Source: an uncultured Holophagales bacterium (GTDB taxonomy: Bacteria > Acidobacteriota > Thermoanaerobaculia > Multivoradales > UBA5704). From it: 64,000 nt of DNA. The stretch covers positions 77,993 to 141,992 of the forward strand of contig CAVUHL010000003.1 in NCBI GenBank assembly GCA_963741305.1. Reading direction: 5' to 3'. Below the pieces are notes generated by a model. The model saw only the letters and a program-made list of their open reading frames with translations. It searched no databases and was not told the DNA's origin. Numbering within the stretch: position 1 is the stretch's first letter; each line of letters begins with the position of its first letter. The translations under genes and the position numbers were made by a program. Positions 27,498 through 36,669 of this stretch are shown here, in pieces.

Positions 27498-28288
27498 ACG
27501 ATCAAATCCGTTTCAACGACGGGGCTGCCTACGAACCCTACATGGGGAAGTGGAGCCAGCTCGTGGGTGAAGCCTTCCTCGACTGGCTTGCTCCAAAATC
27601 AGGTTTGCGATGGCTCGACGTTGGCTGCGGCAACGGCGCCTTTACCGAAATGCTCGTCGAGCGGTGTGCACCAGCCTCGGTACAGGGGATAGACCCGTCT
27701 GAGGCGCAGCTTGCCTATGCCCGCGCCCGGCCCGCGTTGCGTGCCGTACAGTTTCATCAGGGCGATGCAATGGCGCAGCCTTTTCCCGACGGCACGTTCG
27801 ACGCGGCTGTCATGCCGCTGGTGATTTTCTTCGTTCCCGATCCGGCGAAGGGCGTCGCCGAGATGGCGCGGGTGGTCTGCCCGGGTGGCACCGTCGCAGC
27901 CTACGCGTGGGACATGGTTGGCGGTGGTTTTCCTTACGCGGCGTTGCAGGTTGAAATGCGTGGGCTGGGCGTTGCAGTTCCGGTACCGCCGAGCCCTGAC
28001 GCGTCTCGACTAGACGCACTGCGGGACTTGTGGACGGGGGCGGGCTTGGAAGCTGTCGAAACGCGGCAGATCACCGTGGACCGGACATTCGCCGATTTCG
28101 ACGACTACTGGACGACCATCCTCGGGGGGCCGAGCGTCGGTCCAAAGCTCGCGGCGATGGCGTCCGAGGATCTCGCGCTTCTCAAAGCTCAGATGCGCGC
28201 GCGCCTGCCGGTAGATGCCACTGGCAGTATCACCTACAGTGCCCGGGCCAACGCAATAAAGGGCCGCGTACCTGACGAGCTGATCTGA
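27431..28288 (+). CDS. Class I SAM-dependent methyltransferase
   Basis: Motif I WLDVGCGNGAFTEML, motif post-I (D/E), AVMPLVIFFV. Start may be 27467. Confidence 0.8.
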   Translation: MGDEEQEGRLATMDKVAVGAGVNDQIRFNDGAAYEPYMGKWSQLVGEAFLDWLAPKSGLRWLDVGCGNGAFTEMLVERCAPASVQGIDPSEAQLAYARARPALRAVQFHQGDAMAQPFPDGTFDAAVMPLVIFFVPDPAKGVAEMARVVCPGGTVAAYAWDMVGGGFPYAALQVEMRGLGVAVPVPPSPDASRLDALRDLWTGAGLEAVETRQITVDRTFADFDDYWTTILGGPSVGPKLAAMASEDLALLKAQMRARLPVDATGSITYSARANAIKGRVPDELI

Positions 28289-28521
28289 ACGGAGGAGGAG
28301 ACGAGCGAGGTACGAGGGATCGATAGACGCGGCGGGAAAGACGCTGACGCTGGAAGGAGAGATACCCAGCCCCTTCGATCTGGCCAAGTCCGTCCGCGTG
28401 CGGGAGGTCATCGAGCTCAAGGGCCAGGACCAGAAGGTCGTCACAACCTCACTGCAGGGGAGGACGGCAGCTGGTTTACGCTCGTCAAGGTCAACTCCCG
28501 GCGTAAGAAGTAGCTCTCGCC

Positions 28522-29880
28522 CTAGAGAAACCAGGCTTTGAAGGTGAGCGATGGGTCGTACTCGATGCGGCGCAGGAAGCGGATGGTTTGATCGAGGAAG
28601 GCCCAAGCCTCAACGCCTTTCTCGAATACCTGCTTGAGAGTCAGCACCGCCTTCTGCGCCTCGACGTGGATCTTCAACTCCACGAAGACGGCGGTGGCGT
28701 CCAGCACCACTCTACGCGCTTCGTCCAGGCGTTGCCGCTGCATCAGGACACTGGCGAGGTCGAGGCCCGCCAAGGCGAAGTGGTAGCGCATTCCCGCGCT
28801 TTCCAGCCCTCTGCGTGCTTCCTTCAGTCCCTCTTCGGCGGTGGCGAACTTCTCCAAGCCGCCGTCAATTCTCGCTTCAAGCCAGCGGAGCTTTACTCGG
28901 TCGATCTTGCCACCGTGCCTGGCGTAGCGCCAGCGGTGCTCCCACACCACGTTGCGTGCTTTGCGGAACTGGCCGCCTTCCATGAGGAACCAAGCAATGT
29001 TGTGGATCGCGAAAAGCACAAGTCCCGGATCACGCCTACCTTCAATTTTCGCGAGCCCCTCTGTAAGTAGGAGGACAGCTTTGCTGGAATCGTTCGCGTA
29101 ACCGGTGTAGAGCCCCTTGCTTATCAAGGCGCGCCCGGCCAAGTGATCTTCCCCGAGGTGGCTGTGGATGGCATAGACGATGTCGAGGGCCTCGAAGGCG
29201 AGCGGGAACTTGCGCTGTGCACAGTAGAGCGAAGCTTGGAAGTCGAGAAGGGTCGCGATCAATAGCTTGTCGCCTGTCCCCTGTATCAAGAGCTCGGTGG
29301 CGCGGCTCAGCGCCCATTCGGCGGATTCAAGGTCATCACTCACCCGATAAGCGTTGCCAAACTCTGCCCAGGCGCGGCACCGCAGATCCATCAGTTTCTT
29401 AGGATCGTAGCGGTCGGAGTCCAGATGGTCTGACAGGAAGGCTGCGTAGTTCGCCATCTCCAGCATTTCCTGCGGATTGTCATGGCGCAGAGCCCAACTC
29501 CGCTCAAGGAGCGCCTCACAGGTCGCCACGCTGTTGAGCTTCCATGACATCTCGGTCAGCGCCCCGATCCCGCCGGCCTCGAGCACCGCCAGCGCCTGCC
29601 GGACTTTGACCATGATCTCCATCGCGGCCGGGCCGTGCTGGCGTTGAGTTGCGAACGCCCGATCGAGCGCATCATCGTAGCCGGCGTCGTCCGACGTCTC
29701 CGCGGTCGCTCCCGCGATCAGGGAGGGAAGCAGAGTGACGCCGCAGTACGCGCAACCGCGGAGCAGGTGCGCAACCACGAGGCGCGCCTGCTCACCCGGC
29801 AACATACCTTGGACAAAATCCTGCAACTCGTCGAGTGAAGGGTGCTCGGCCAAGCGCTCGGCTCCTTGTATTCGGTGCAA
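28522..29880 (-). CDS. Cys-motif (HLLRGCAYC) plus TPR-like helical protein; paralog of 3995-5329
   Basis: 452 aa; blocks of similarity with the 444-aa protein throughout. Confidence 0.7.
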   Translation of the reverse strand: MHRIQGAERLAEHPSLDELQDFVQGMLPGEQARLVVAHLLRGCAYCGVTLLPSLIAGATAETSDDAGYDDALDRAFATQRQHGPAAMEIMVKVRQALAVLEAGGIGALTEMSWKLNSVATCEALLERSWALRHDNPQEMLEMANYAAFLSDHLDSDRYDPKKLMDLRCRAWAEFGNAYRVSDDLESAEWALSRATELLIQGTGDKLLIATLLDFQASLYCAQRKFPLAFEALDIVYAIHSHLGEDHLAGRALISKGLYTGYANDSSKAVLLLTEGLAKIEGRRDPGLVLFAIHNIAWFLMEGGQFRKARNVVWEHRWRYARHGGKIDRVKLRWLEARIDGGLEKFATAEEGLKEARRGLESAGMRYHFALAGLDLASVLMQRQRLDEARRVVLDATAVFVELKIHVEAQKAVLTLKQVFEKGVEAWAFLDQTIRFLRRIEYDPSLTFKAWFL

Positions 29881-29921
29881 CAGTTCCAGAGATTATCTCA
29901 CACCTGACGGTGCCTCGCTTT

Positions 29922-30155
29922 TTAGCCTCCGGGTTTGCCGTTTGGATCAATCCCGCCGCCTGCATCACCACCGTTCGTCCCCGGGTTCGGGGGCTTCGGA
30001 CTGTCGGGGAGGACCAACTCCACCAGCCACCGCCAAGCAGAGTCCCACAAGGACTGCGCGTCGGACTTGTGGGACAGAGACGCTGCGGCAACAGGGCTGG
30101 CCAGGAACAAGACGGTCAGGACCAGGGCAGCGAAGGCGCGTACCGTTCGGGACAT
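29922..30155 (-). CDS. Small secreted peptide (77 aa precursor), C-terminal GGGIDPNGKPGG
   Basis: RBS aggagg, 8 nt, ATG; classic signal peptide MSRTVRAFAALVLTVLFLASPVAA; directly upstream of the 452-aa paralog. The ORF track 5' extension to 30245 is unlikely. Confidence 0.5.
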   Translation of the reverse strand: MSRTVRAFAALVLTVLFLASPVAAASLSHKSDAQSLWDSAWRWLVELVLPDSPKPPNPGTNGGDAGGGIDPNGKPGG

Positions 30156-30419
30156 TTCGTTCTCCTCCTCAAGGGACGGGATCTCTACTACAAAGAATAG
30201 TGCCGCCAGAACCCTGTTAGGTGTCGCTCCAACGTAAATTGCCACGAAGTCTCCGGAACTTCAATCTTATTGGCGGAATCGGACTACGAAGCAGCATCGA
30301 AGCCGGTAACAACAATTCCAAACCAAATCGTTCAAGCATGTTGACATTTAGGTCAAGAGGCTGCATGATCCTCTTGTCGCGGGGCAATGCTGCTGGCGCG
30401 ACGATCGGAAAGGAGCTCT

Positions 30420-30755
30420 ATGGATAAGACGGAGCAGTTGGTTGCCGATGTGGCGATGCCGGAGAAGATGCATCTCAAGCCGGAACGGGTGCAGGAGGCC
30501 CTCTTGAGCCTGCCCTCCTGGAAGCTGCGCCAGGGTAGCGTAGGGATCGAGACCACCCGCCAATTCGCCGCCCCCCAGACGGCCAGCTCCTTCGCCTCGT
30601 ACTCGTGCCGTATGGCCAGCAAGATGGGCCAGCCGCTCAAGGTGGACCTCGTGGGCAAGCAGGTAACCGTGGCCCTGCCGGGCCATCCCGTCCGGGGCTG
30701 CACGGGTGGATTGACCAGTGTCGTATTCAAGGTGGCCGATCTGATCGGCTGCTGA
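30420..30755 (+). CDS. Pterin-4a-carbinolamine dehydratase (PCD/DCoH)-like protein
   Basis: LPSWKL...ETTRQFAAPQTASSFA...LPGHPV...GGLTSVVFKVADLI resembles the PCD fold pattern (W...F.F..F..A..F...HHP-like...GLT..D..LA). GHP replaces HHP. Confidence 0.45.
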   Translation: MDKTEQLVADVAMPEKMHLKPERVQEALLSLPSWKLRQGSVGIETTRQFAAPQTASSFASYSCRMASKMGQPLKVDLVGKQVTVALPGHPVRGCTGGLTSVVFKVADLIGC

Positions 30756-30921
30756 AGAAAGGAGGGAATTGCCGTGCTGCAGGGCAGTAAAGGAAAAGCC
30801 GTCCGAGATAGGCCGATCACCGACTCGGACGGCGGCTCCCGCGATGTGTCCATCGACCAGGAGTAGAGGAGTATAACCCTTCGGGGGCGTGGCAACGCCC
30901 CCGGTTTTTACTGAGGTGTGA

Positions 30922-31281
30922 ATGGCGAAGACCCATGCGGATTCGATGAAGGGTTGGAAGCACCGTCTGCAGGCTTTGAGCGACAACAGCGAAGAGGTCC
31001 TTCATCTCCAGACCAAGCGCGAGAAGCTTCAGGGCATCTACGAAGGGACGCTCGGCGCCCTGCGGGAACAGTCCACGGCCAAGGCCTCGAAGCAGGAGGC
31101 CTCCCGCCATCTGGAGGCCCTGATTGCGGAGGGCAACAAGGTGGACAACTTCCTGTGCGTTGGCTTGCGGGAACACTACGGCAACCGGAATGAGAAGCTG
31201 GCCGAGTTCGACATCCAGCCCCTCCGCACCCGGCGCCCCGCCAAGGTGCTCCCGCCGCCGCCGATTGAAATCGTCGAGTAG
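30922..31281 (+). CDS. Hypothetical protein
   Basis: 119 aa, helical; no motifs. Confidence 0.4.
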   Translation: MAKTHADSMKGWKHRLQALSDNSEEVLHLQTKREKLQGIYEGTLGALREQSTAKASKQEASRHLEALIAEGNKVDNFLCVGLREHYGNRNEKLAEFDIQPLRTRRPAKVLPPPPIEIVE

Positions 31282-31329
31282 TTGATTCTGCAAGGGGGCG
31301 GGCCGTCTCGCCCCCTTCCTTTTACCCCA

Positions 31330-31665
31330 TTCCCCAGCTCAAGGAGAGTCTTCCGCGTTGCGCGGAGAGGTCTCCGTGTTCGGCGGCGAGGTCTCCGCGT
31401 CTCAGGGAGAGGTCTCACGCTTCACGGAGAGGGTTCCGCGTCTCGCGGAGAGATCTCCGCGTATCACGGACAGGTCTCCGCGTGTCACGGAGAGGTCTCC
31501 GCGCTTCACGGAGAGCCTTCCGCGTTTGGCGGCGAGGTCGCCGCGTCTCGCGGAGAGTCTTCCGCGTTTGGCGAGAGTCTTCGGCGTCTCGCGGCGAGGT
31601 CTCCGCGCTTCGCGGCGAGGTCTCCGCGTTTCACGGAGAGGTCTCCGCGAGACGCGGAATCATGG
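31330..31665. repeat. Tandem array of about 16 copies of a 21-bp unit containing the palindrome cgcggagaGGtctccgcg, between convergent genes
   Basis: Period 21 bp (two helical turns). The units are imperfect palindromes. All frames open. Confidence 0.9.
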
Positions 31666-32175
31666 TTCCAGCTCTCCGAAGAGCTCCCTGCCCAGGATTC
31701 GCCCGACCTGTTCCTGGAAATCCGGCCCCCCGGCCTCGAGGATCGCGGCCACGGCCAGGGGAGAGCGGGCCAGGCAAGCTCCGACGTGCGCCGCGTGCAG
31801 CCAATCGGGATTGAAGAAGCGCAGATGTCCGACCACCTGGCCGGCGCTCTCGACCGCGAAGCCCTGAGGCGTGACGGGCTCCAGCGGACGGAACAGCGGA
31901 TCCCGTCCCGCCGCGGGCCGGACCGCGAAGAAGATCAGCCCGGCCTCCCGGACCTGGAACACCCCCTCGGGCGAGTCGCCGTGCTCGAAGCCCTCCCAGG
32001 ACCGGAACAGAGGGTAGACGCCCTCCTCGTGCCGCAGCTCCCAGGGACCCGCCGCCTCGCTCTCCCCGGACGCGGCCGTCTCGGTGCCCTCCCGGAGCCG
32101 GACCAGGTACTCCCGGGAAAACGCATTGGACAACGCCGTCTGCACATCGCCATCGGGTCTGCCGGAATCTGCCAT
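31660..32175 (-). CDS. Hypothetical protein
   Basis: 171 aa; RBS ggagaaaagg before ATG; no motifs. Confidence 0.4.
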   Translation of the reverse strand: MADSGRPDGDVQTALSNAFSREYLVRLREGTETAASGESEAAGPWELRHEEGVYPLFRSWEGFEHGDSPEGVFQVREAGLIFFAVRPAAGRDPLFRPLEPVTPQGFAVESAGQVVGHLRFFNPDWLHAAHVGACLARSPLAVAAILEAGGPDFQEQVGRILGRELFGELEP

Positions 32176-32311
32176 GGCCTTTTCTCCTGTCGTTCACCTG
32201 TGTCCGCCTCGTGATTGACCATTTCTACAGTCAAATGTCGTTTCATGTCAAGATCGAGGTTTCTTGGAAGGAGAATAGATCTTTCCTGACGCTTGATGTA
32301 GGCTACGGTCT

Positions 32312-32701
32312 ATGATCCAGGAAGAGACACAGCGACTGCTTCAGGTGTTGCGTGTGGCGATGCGGATCCTCGACGTCAGCAACCGGGACATCGAGAAGGC
32401 GCTCGGCCTGAGCTACGGCTATTTGAGCCGGCTGTTCTCCGGCAGCATCGAGCTCAAGGTGGAGCACGTCTTCCAGATCCTTGGCGTGCTCGGCCTGACG
32501 CCGGCGGAGTTCTTCCATCTCGCCTATCCCCGCAAACCCTCGCCGCCGAGCGAGGCCTCCACCCGAATGCGCTCGATCCTCGACGGCTTCGGGCCGATCC
32601 CGCGCGAAGAGCGTCCGCCCGCTGGAGACTTGAGCCCCGAGGAGTTGGAGGCGTTGGTTTCCAAGACGCTGCAGAAGCTGTTGCGGGAGGCAAAGGGGTA
32701 G
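32312..32701 (+). CDS. XRE/Cro-C1-type helix-turn-helix transcriptional regulator
   Basis: HTH RDIEKALGLSYGYLSRLFSG. Confidence 0.65.
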   Translation: MIQEETQRLLQVLRVAMRILDVSNRDIEKALGLSYGYLSRLFSGSIELKVEHVFQILGVLGLTPAEFFHLAYPRKPSPPSEASTRMRSILDGFGPIPREERPPAGDLSPEELEALVSKTLQKLLREAKG

Positions 32702-33126
32702 GGGAGGTTGCTCTCCTGGGCTCTGCTTAGAGGGCGAGGCTCCCTCTCCTGCGCAGTGGGGGGAGGGTTGGGGAGGGGGCCTCCCATCTTCAGCTTTCCG
32801 CTCTTCGTCCGGTATGATCCTCTCGTCCTAGACCTCGAAATGCTGGACTTGTCCGTCCTCGCCGGATCTATCAGCGGGTCAGCTCCTACAAACACCTCGA
32901 TCATCCTGCGCGATCTCAAGTCCCCTACCAGCCAGCGACTCAGACCTTCAGGCTTGGCTGAAGGGGCCTTCCGAAAGCCGGGTGGCGGCCGATTGGCCAC
33001 CGTCTTATGACTCTCTTCCAGCTTCTTGAGGATGATAGACTAGGCTGACTTAGGGCAAGGAGCACAGGTTCTTCGTAGTCGGTAGCAGGTTGAGTTGGTC
33101 GTCTCACGACTTGAGTATCTAGCCCG

Positions 33127-35360
33127 ATGAAATACTGGGGCGCGAGCAAAGGAATGATCGAGATAAAGAAACCCTCGCCAAGGCCGAAGCACTTCGTCGT
33201 GGATGCGAGGACTCTGCTTACTCTGGGCAGAGATAGCATCAAAGATCATCTTACAGCGATTATCGAGTTGGTAAAGAATAGCTACGATGCAGACGCAACG
33301 CTGGTAGAAGTTCACATAGAATCAGGTACTCCCTCCGACAGCTACATAAGAATAGCTGATAACGGGACTGGGATGACCGAAGAGGATATTGACGACCGGT
33401 GGCTTCGAATCGGATACTCGGCCAAGCAAGGTGCAACTCTTACGCAGTTAAGCAGGCGACGTACAGGCGAAAAGGGAATCGGACGCATTTCTGCAGACCG
33501 TCTTGGGTCCCGCCTGCTGCTCAGGACAAAGACTCAGTCCACGCCTCCAGTTGCTCTGTCTGTAGATTGGGACCGCTTCAATAAGTCTGGAAACACTTTG
33601 CAGACCGTGGAGATAGATTTTTACCCAGAATCAGAGATTGAGCTCCCCATTGGTCACAGTGGGGCTTCGAAATCCGGCACTGAGTTAATCATCCGTAACC
33701 TCCGGCAGAACTGGCCCAAAGCCGAGGTGGAGGCACTAAGAGAGGAACTCTCTACACTGACCCCGCCATTCGGTGGAGTCAAAGATTTCTCTATAACGCT
33801 GACCACTAATCTAAGCCACGCATTCTCTGGTATCGTCCAATCCCCTTTCTGGGAGCGTGCAGAGCTTCGCCTAGAACTGGAGCTGGCCGACGATCTCATT
33901 ACGTACAGTGTTTCAGGTCAATTACTGCCATCGCCCAAGCGCGACAGCCTGCAATGGGGTCAATTGATTCAGCGAATCGTCAACAACCGGGCCTATTCCC
34001 TGAGCCACCTAGTTGCGGTCCTGCTAGAATTACGCTTTTGTTTTTTCCTCGTAAGCCAGATCTTCTCAGAGGTACAAGCCTAACTCTGACAGACCTGCGC
34101 AACTTTCTAGATCAGAACGCAGGGGTGCGCATCTATCGCGACAATATTCGTGTTAGGCCGTACGGGGATCCTGAGATAGAGGGAGGCGATTGGCTTGGCC
34201 TTGCTGAGCGAAAGAGTCGTGAGCCTGCTGGCGCAGCAAGAAAGACTTTCAAGATAGCTGCAAATCAACTTGTTGGAGCAGTCTTTATCTCTCGCGATGG
34301 GAACGCTGAGCTGACTGATAGTTCTGCCCGAGAAGGTCTGGTGCATAGCGAGTCTTTCAGTGACCTTCGTCTGCTCGTGCTGGGAGCAGTGACGCTCTTG
34401 GAGGCACATTATCACGAAAGCTTTCTAACGACGAAGGGTACAACTGACACCCCACAGCGTCCGACGCAAGAGGTTGCTAAGCTAAAGAAGGGCATCAAGA
34501 AGCTGAACCGTGAGCTTCAAACGCTTGCCGATGTCCTGCCGCGGAGTTCTGCGAAGGAATTCGAGCGTGTTCTTATTCAGGTGAGCGAGGTAAGTCATCG
34601 GATCGACCAAACTCAGAGTTCTCTCAATGAACTTGTGTCCCAGGCTAGTGTCCTGCGTGGATTGGCCACTATCGGTGTAGCCTCCGCTGTGTTCGGTCAT
34701 GAGATTCAGAGCGCTGTCGATGAATTTCTAGTGGCTACAAGCACGTCCAGAGAGATTTTGATTAAGAGGCCGGAAAAGATTGAGGAAGCAGTGGAGGAGC
34801 TAGGGAAGGCAGAGAAGTATGCCAAGAGAGTCGGCGCCTGGGGGGCTTTTGCTTTGACGCGGGTACAACGAGACAAGCGCCGCCGCCGCCGCCTTTCAGT
34901 AGAAGATCTTATTGGAAATATGCTCAAGGACTTGAAGCCCGCTTTTGACTCCGTCAATATAAGGATTACAACGGATCTAGCACCAGTAACTGCTACAACC
35001 TTTGCGATGGACATTGAGGCTCTTCTTCTTAATCTTCTTACCAACGCCTATTCCGCGTGTCAGTTGACGCGGCGAAAGCGCGACATTCATGTTGTACTTT
35101 CGCCTGATCGTCGGCGCTCGCGCGACGGGTTTCTCATCGAGGTTGCGGATAGTGGGCCGGGTGTCGCCGATGCCCTTAGAGAGAAGATTTGGGAACCGCT
35201 ATTCTCGACAAAGGTAGACCAATCCAATCGGCCAACTGGCACAGGCTTGGGCTTATCGATCATCCAGGCCATCGTTGACGACCTTGGCGGTACTAGAGAA
35301 GTGAGTCACCATGCCCCGCTTGGTGGGGCGGTTTTTCGAATTTGGCTGCCTTCTGGCTAG
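33127..35360 (+). CDS. MORC/Hsp90-like GHKL ATPase (HATPase_c_3) fused to a histidine kinase (HisKA + HATPase_c); apparent frameshift near 33954-34083
   Basis: N-terminus: ELVKNSYDADA (N-box), DNGTGM (G1), GEKGIGRISA (G2), VRIYRDNIRVRPYGDPEIEGGDWLGL. C-terminus: H-box FGHEIQSAV, LLTNAYSA, DSGPGV, GTGLGLSI. Two overlapping ORFs in different frames (33127-34083, 33954-35360). Low GC. Confidence 0.65.
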
Positions 35361-36031
35361 GAGCTTCGCTGATGCCAAATATAGCGATTGTCGATGATCG
35401 TCACGATCCGCGGGTGACATTACGTCGGAGAATCGGTCTGAACCTACCGGTTGAGTGGGCAGTCATTGACACGCATCCGCTTGAGTCCCTTTCGGACTAT
35501 CCTGCATGGATAGTGGAGCATGAAGTCGCTACCCTCGTGCTTGACGAGCGACTACAAGAGCAGATGAACGACTCGGAGGGGCATGCATATTACGACGGCC
35601 ATGAGGTGGTGGTTTACCTTAGGCAACGATTGCCAACGCTCCCAATCTTCTTTGTAACTTCGTATCCTGAAGTGTCAGAGGTCGAGGAGCAATATGGTAA
35701 GGTCGAAGGAGTTTTTCCACGACGGGACTTTTTCGATAGCCGAGCTGATAAGCTTATTGAACGCCTAGTCCGCAGCGGCCAAAAGTACGTAGAAGTATAT
35801 GAGCGCGAGCTTGCCGACCTGGCTGAAATATCGAGGCGACTTGCGACAAGCACTGCCTCGGACGAGGATCGTAGTCGTGCGGACGCGATACGTAGCAAGC
35901 TGAATATTGCTTTCACTGGAGAGGCTATTTCCGACCGCGCCGCGTGGCTGGACGAGATGAATAAGCGACTCGGGGAACTCGAGGGCCTTCATGCCGAGAT
36001 TGAGTCATTCCTTAAGGGAAAAGGCAAATGA
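35342..36031 (+). CDS. Receiver (REC)-domain protein with C-terminal coiled coil
   Basis: IAIVDDRHD, LVLDERL, IFFVTSY receiver-like; helical C-terminus. Overlaps the kinase stop; likely start MPNIAIV at 35372. Confidence 0.55.
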   Translation: MAAFWLGASLMPNIAIVDDRHDPRVTLRRRIGLNLPVEWAVIDTHPLESLSDYPAWIVEHEVATLVLDERLQEQMNDSEGHAYYDGHEVVVYLRQRLPTLPIFFVTSYPEVSEVEEQYGKVEGVFPRRDFFDSRADKLIERLVRSGQKYVEVYERELADLAEISRRLATSTASDEDRSRADAIRSKLNIAFTGEAISDRAAWLDEMNKRLGELEGLHAEIESFLKGKGK

Positions 36032-36669
36032 GGTGGCGGCGGGTTGCAAAAGAGAATTGTATTCAGCCGTCTACTGGCAGCTATAAAGATTGGAAACATC
36101 TGCTTGCTGCCGAGGCATCTAATCAGTGTGTTTACTGTGCGATTCATGAGAGCTGCATGGGAGGAGTTCGAGTATTTCATGTAGAGCACTACCGACCGAA
36201 ATCCAAGTTTGCGGAACTAGTAAATGACTTCCGTAATCTTTTCTACTGCTGTCCAATCTGTAACGCATTCAAGGGAGACGATTGGCCGGGTGAACCTGCC
36301 CCGGATCATTCATTAGTTGCGTATCCCGATCCAAGTGAAGTCGACTATTGCGACATAATTTTTATTGACCCTGCGGGTATTGTCATGGGCAGTAACACCG
36401 CTGGTCGATATCTAGAGGAGCGCTTGTATCTTAATCGCGGTCAACTGATTGTTGAGCGCCGACTTGCAGTTATTCGAGATCGAATAGGTGAGCTTGTGGC
36501 TCTTTTGCAGCAAGATGTCTTGGCCTTGCAGGCTTTTGGGACAAACGAGGCCAATGGTTGGCTTATACGCCTTTCTTCTGTTCTTCTCTCGGTTGTCGAT
36601 ATGCAAGCAGAATTGATGCGGCTGAGGCCTTATGGCGACGAGGACCTATCGAGAGTTCAACATGACTAG
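36028..36669 (+). CDS. HNH endonuclease
   Basis: CVYC...VFHVEHYRPKS...YCCPICNAFKGDDW (CxxC / HxxH / CxxCNxxK); 4-nt overlap with the REC gene. Confidence 0.8.
   Translation: MRWRRVAKENCIQPSTGSYKDWKHLLAAEASNQCVYCAIHESCMGGVRVFHVEHYRPKSKFAELVNDFRNLFYCCPICNAFKGDDWPGEPAPDHSLVAYPDPSEVDYCDIIFIDPAGIVMGSNTAGRYLEERLYLNRGQLIVERRLAVIRDRIGELVALLQQDVLALQAFGTNEANGWLIRLSSVLLSVVDMQAELMRLRPYGDEDLSRVQHD

Noticed and set aside
28010-28606. 198-aa minus-strand ORF downstream of the 452-aa paralog
   Set aside because: It overlaps the convergent class I methyltransferase gene (27431-28288) in antisense and has no motifs. It is unlike the repeat-containing downstream region of locus 1.
32700-33126. Possible tRNA gene marking the boundary of the low-GC island
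   Set aside because: No cloverleaf-like sequence was identifiable by eye: no GTTCGANTC T-loop, no acceptor-stem pairing. This remains unverified and needs tRNAscan-SE.
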